From contig JBFRWI010000148.1 in assembly GCA_051439505.1 (NCBI GenBank), forward strand, positions 1 to 64,000: a stretch of DNA of 64,000 nt. Direction: 5' to 3'. Within the stretch, counting starts at the first letter, position 1. Every line of letters begins with the position of its first letter. The DNA is from Hormoscilla sp. GTDB taxonomy: Bacteria; Cyanobacteriota; Cyanobacteriia; Cyanobacteriales; Desertifilaceae. The notes beneath the pieces were generated by a model. The model worked only from the letters and a program-made list of their open reading frames with translations. It was not told where the DNA came from and did not search any database. A program made the position numbers and the translations under genes. Positions 60,945 through 64,000 of this stretch are shown here, one piece after another.

Positions 60945-61778
60945 TTACTCCTTACTCACACTTTGAATAACTTTTGATTGAGCCTTTTTGTATTTGTCAA
61001 CAATTGAGCCTTCATCAGACTCTAACTCCCAATCTGTTCCGAATTCCTTAAGTAGCATCAAAATCCCTATTGCACTTGCTGGATTAGTAGCATAAGGAAT
61101 CTGGTGGACATCACACAAACGAGTTAAGGCTTCAATATCAGCAGCATGAGCATGAGAGCTTAGTGGATCCTTAAAAAAGAAAATCGCAGAAATCTTTTCT
61201 TCAGAAATCATCCCGCCGATCGCTTGATCTCCACCCAGCGGTCCGCTCGCAACAAGTTTGGCAACAGGAATACCCAGGGATTTCTTCAGAGTCCTGCCCG
61301 TACTTCCTGTTGTTACAAGTGGAACTTTACTGAAAAAATCCTTATGTTCTGCTACAAACTTTTTCAGGGCACTCTTCATTTCATTATGAGCAACGAGGGA
61401 GATATATTTTGTGTTGTCATCAACCTCAACGGGGGGCATTTCAGGGACTGGTCCCTGCTCTTCTTTTTGAGATTTTACCGCTCCTTCTATAGCTTTGTTG
61501 AATTCCTCAAGATCTAGATCTCCATCTCCAGAGGTATCAACTATCTTAAACAAGTCTTCCCCATGCTTTTCTAACCAATCTCCTATCCCGAACTGCTCAA
61601 AAAACTTCTTGAATTCATCAATGGTAATATTTCCGTCACCATTTTCATCAGCTGCTTCAAAAGCACCCTTGGTATTAATCCATTTTCGATCGAGTAAATC
61701 TTGGAACTCAATCAGTATCTGCTCTTTAGACGCTTCTTCCGTTGTCATATCTTGCTCCTTTTGATCTTCCATCTGCAT
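60945..61778 (-). CDS. mgsA: EF-hand pair fused to methylglyoxal synthase
   Basis: DENGDGNITIDE and DTSGDGDLDLEE loops; LVAH, TGSTG, SGPLGGDQ, FFKDP, H..DI.AL.RLCDV..IPYATN. Confidence 0.85.
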   Translation of the reverse strand: MQMEDQKEQDMTTEEASKEQILIEFQDLLDRKWINTKGAFEAADENGDGNITIDEFKKFFEQFGIGDWLEKHGEDLFKIVDTSGDGDLDLEEFNKAIEGAVKSQKEEQGPVPEMPPVEVDDNTKYISLVAHNEMKSALKKFVAEHKDFFSKVPLVTTGSTGRTLKKSLGIPVAKLVASGPLGGDQAIGGMISEEKISAIFFFKDPLSSHAHAADIEALTRLCDVHQIPYATNPASAIGILMLLKEFGTDWELESDEGSIVDKYKKAQSKVIQSVSKE

Positions 61779-61954
61779 CCCGAGCCAAATGCTTCAATGG
61801 CTATTGACTCCTAGCATCGATCGGGAAACTCGCGATCGCGCATAACCGGTGCCGGATAGTTTTCCAGCTATGGGAATGCTGCCCTGACCGCGCTTTGTCT
61901 ATCATAAATCCTCAAAAACGATTTGTCAAGTTGATTTTTTATTCAATATCTCGG

Positions 61955-62041
61955 GGCGATCGCCGGTCCCCTACTCTTGCTAGCTGGTGATTATCAGTTG
62001 GCAACTAGCTAGAGATCACCGGTGCATGCATATTCTGAGTC
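61955..62041. repeat. Diverged direct repeat flanking a TA pair; copy at 63060-63153
   Basis: GGCGATCGCCGG.CCCCTACTCTTGCT..CTGGTGA..ATC.GTTGGCAACTAG...TCACCGGTGC...ATATTCTGAGTC. Confidence 0.85.
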
Positions 62042-62182
62042 GTGCATGTCTGTTAACCAATGATCACTGGCGATTGGGGGGTGTTGAAATTGGTTGTGGC
62101 GGAGGTATATTTTCTATTTTCCGAATATATAGCGAGGCAGGGATATAATAGAAATAGTTCATTAAATCACTGACAAGAGGAC

Positions 62183-62449
62183 ATGCTTCTTACAATAGAG
62201 ATTCCTGATGAAATTGCTCAAGAGTTAGACCAGCCATTGGGAAGCCTATCTCGCAGGCTGCTGGAAATGGCTGTTGCTGAGGCTTACCGTTCTGATTTAA
62301 TTAGTACTGCTGAAGTACGAAGGATGCTTCAGTTACCTTCTCGTCTAGAAACTCACGCATTCCTAAAGCGAATGGGTGTTTATCTCAACTATGACGAAGC
62401 TGAACTAGAACAAGATATCCAAACCCTGAAAGAATTACGCTCTCAATGA
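62183..62449 (+). CDS. UPF0175-family antitoxin
   Basis: Y....IS.AEVRRML.L.SR.ETHAFLK..GVYLNYD. Confidence 0.85.
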   Translation: MLLTIEIPDEIAQELDQPLGSLSRRLLEMAVAEAYRSDLISTAEVRRMLQLPSRLETHAFLKRMGVYLNYDEAELEQDIQTLKELRSQ

Positions 62450-62916
62450 TTGTCATATCTGATACTTCACCAATTTGCTACCTGTTGTTAATCGACCAGA
62501 TTAATATATTACCAGAACTGTACAGCTTCGTCCTAATTCCCCAGGCTGTATATGATGAGTTAAATTCACCTTATTCACCATCGGCAATCCGAAATTGGAT
62601 TGCTTACCCCCCTGAATGGCTTCAAGTTAAAACCATTGATACGGCTGAGATATCCGGATTAGAAAAACTTGACATCGGCGAACGGGAGGCGATTTTATTA
62701 GCAGAACAAATGCAGGCTGAATTAGTTATCTTGGATGATAAAGCAGCAAGACGTATAGCCCGAGAACGAACATTGAAAATCATCGGACTTATTGGGATTT
62801 TGAAAGATGCTGCGAGAACTGGTTTGGTAGATTTGCAGGTAACTTTTGAACGTCTGCAAGAAGTTGGCTTTTGGGTTGCACCCAGTCTGCTCAAACAACT
62901 TCTGAGTGAGGATTAG
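62446..62916 (+). CDS. DUF3368 PIN-domain toxin
   Basis: ISDTSPI, LD.GEREAI.LA, LDDKAAR, GLIG.L. Confidence 0.88.
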   Translation: MIVISDTSPICYLLLIDQINILPELYSFVLIPQAVYDELNSPYSPSAIRNWIAYPPEWLQVKTIDTAEISGLEKLDIGEREAILLAEQMQAELVILDDKAARRIARERTLKIIGLIGILKDAARTGLVDLQVTFERLQEVGFWVAPSLLKQLLSED

Positions 62917-63152
62917 TTGGTAGGATATCCTGCATTATGTCTTATCCGGTTAAACCTTGTCTGAACGATATTACCAGACTCGGTGAACCGGATAGGCATT
63001 AAAAACATTATCAGCACTGACGATGGGGATATTTTAGACAATTCCCTGGGCAATGATGAGGCGATCGCCGGCCCCCTACTCTTGCTGACTGGTGACGATC
63101 GGTTGGCAACTAGAGGTCACCGGTGCCTGCTTGTGCCGAGGATATTCTGAGT

Positions 63153-64000
63153 CTAATGTTTCGACCTTAGGTAACTGACAGAATCTCGGGGCTGGATATA
63201 TTGCGATCGCGGGTCTTGCCAAGGTATTGCGCGTCCGTTGTCGTATCCGTCGTACATCTCGCGAACTTTGAATCGGTCCATCTCTTGCTGGAGATTCTGG
63301 GCGGCCTGATTGAGCTGGTTGATGGCAGAATTAATTTCCTTAAAGGAGTCGTTTGTTTCCTGGGAAGCGTTGTTGAGCTGTATCATCGCTTCGCTAATCT
63401 GCTCTGCTGACTGGACTTGGGAGTCCATCCCCTGATTTACTGTCTCAAATCGGGGGGCAAGATCCTGCACCTGTTGAATAATTTGCGCTACTTGGCCACT
63501 AATTCTGGATACGGTGTTGACGCTTTGAGTCACTTCCGTAGAAAATTTATCCATCTCCATGACTCCTGTAGATACCGAAGACTGCATTTCCTTGACCATC
63601 GACTCGATTTCTAGGGTGGCAACGGCAGTGCGATCGGCCAGGCGGCGAATTTCCCTCGCAACCACTGCAAACCCGGCTCCATATTCCCCGGCTTTCTCCG
63701 CTTCGATCGCGGCATTGAGAGACAGCAAGTTGGTCCCATCCGCGACTTTGGTAATGGTGGTGATGATGGCGTTAATGTTATTGGCCTTTTCGCCGATCGT
63801 TCCCAATCGAGTGGCGATCGCCTTGGTGGCATCCATCAGTTGGCGGATCGTACTTTCCATCTGCTTGAGATCTGTCTGGCTTTCGGAGGCCGCAACCGTC
63901 GTCAATTTGGCTAGATTCGTGACTTCGTCCATCGTTGCGGCCAATTTCTGAGCGGTCATGGCAATCTCTTGAGCGCTGGCGGTGGTCTCTTGGGTTGCAG
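63153..64000 (-). CDS. Methyl-accepting chemotaxis protein, 5' end outside the window
   Basis: [33 protein letters not shown] signalling hairpin. Confidence 0.95.
   Translation of the reverse strand, partial: ATQETTASAQEIAMTAQKLAATMDEVTNLAKLTTVAASESQTDLKQMESTIRQLMDATKAIATRLGTIGEKANNINAIITTITKVADGTNLLSLNAAIEAEKAGEYGAGFAVVAREIRRLADRTAVATLEIESMVKEMQSSVSTGVMEMDKFSTEVTQSVNTVSRISGQVAQIIQQVQDLAPRFETVNQGMDSQVQSAEQISEAMIQLNNASQETNDSFKEINSAINQLNQAAQNLQQEMDRFKVREMYDGYDNGRAIPWQDPRSQYIQPRDSVSYLRSKH

Overview
Chromosomal window of a HIP1-rich (GCGATCGC very frequent) cyanobacterium, probably filamentous (gas vesicles, STAND/WD40/TPR proteins, PatX-like peptide, PEP-CTERM protein). The housekeeping blocks are petJ, cbiX behind a cobalamin riboswitch, sipA, an M16 peptidase pair, the atp1-a-c-b'-b-delta-alpha-gamma operon, apcE-apcABC and ftsW. 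Between them lie accessory genes, toxin-antitoxin modules (several decayed), and at least five families of short dispersed repeats/MITEs, three copies of which have visible target-site duplications. The strongest candidates for new biology are: (1) an atypical gas vesicle operon in which GvpC and GvpN end in the same winged-helix-like domain, two unannotated genes with GvpC-like 33-residue repeats sit between gvpJ and gvpK, and a perfect 16-bp palindrome covers the gvpA -35 box; (2) an EF-hand-pair/methylglyoxal synthase fusion; (3) a recurring pattern of accessory gene cassettes bracketed by diverged direct repeats, one pair differing only at synonymous positions; (4) a MITE whose internal core is inverted relative to its arms between copies. 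Family assignments come from motif recognition by eye, with no database searches. No rRNA, tRNA, CRISPR array or intact transposase was recognised.
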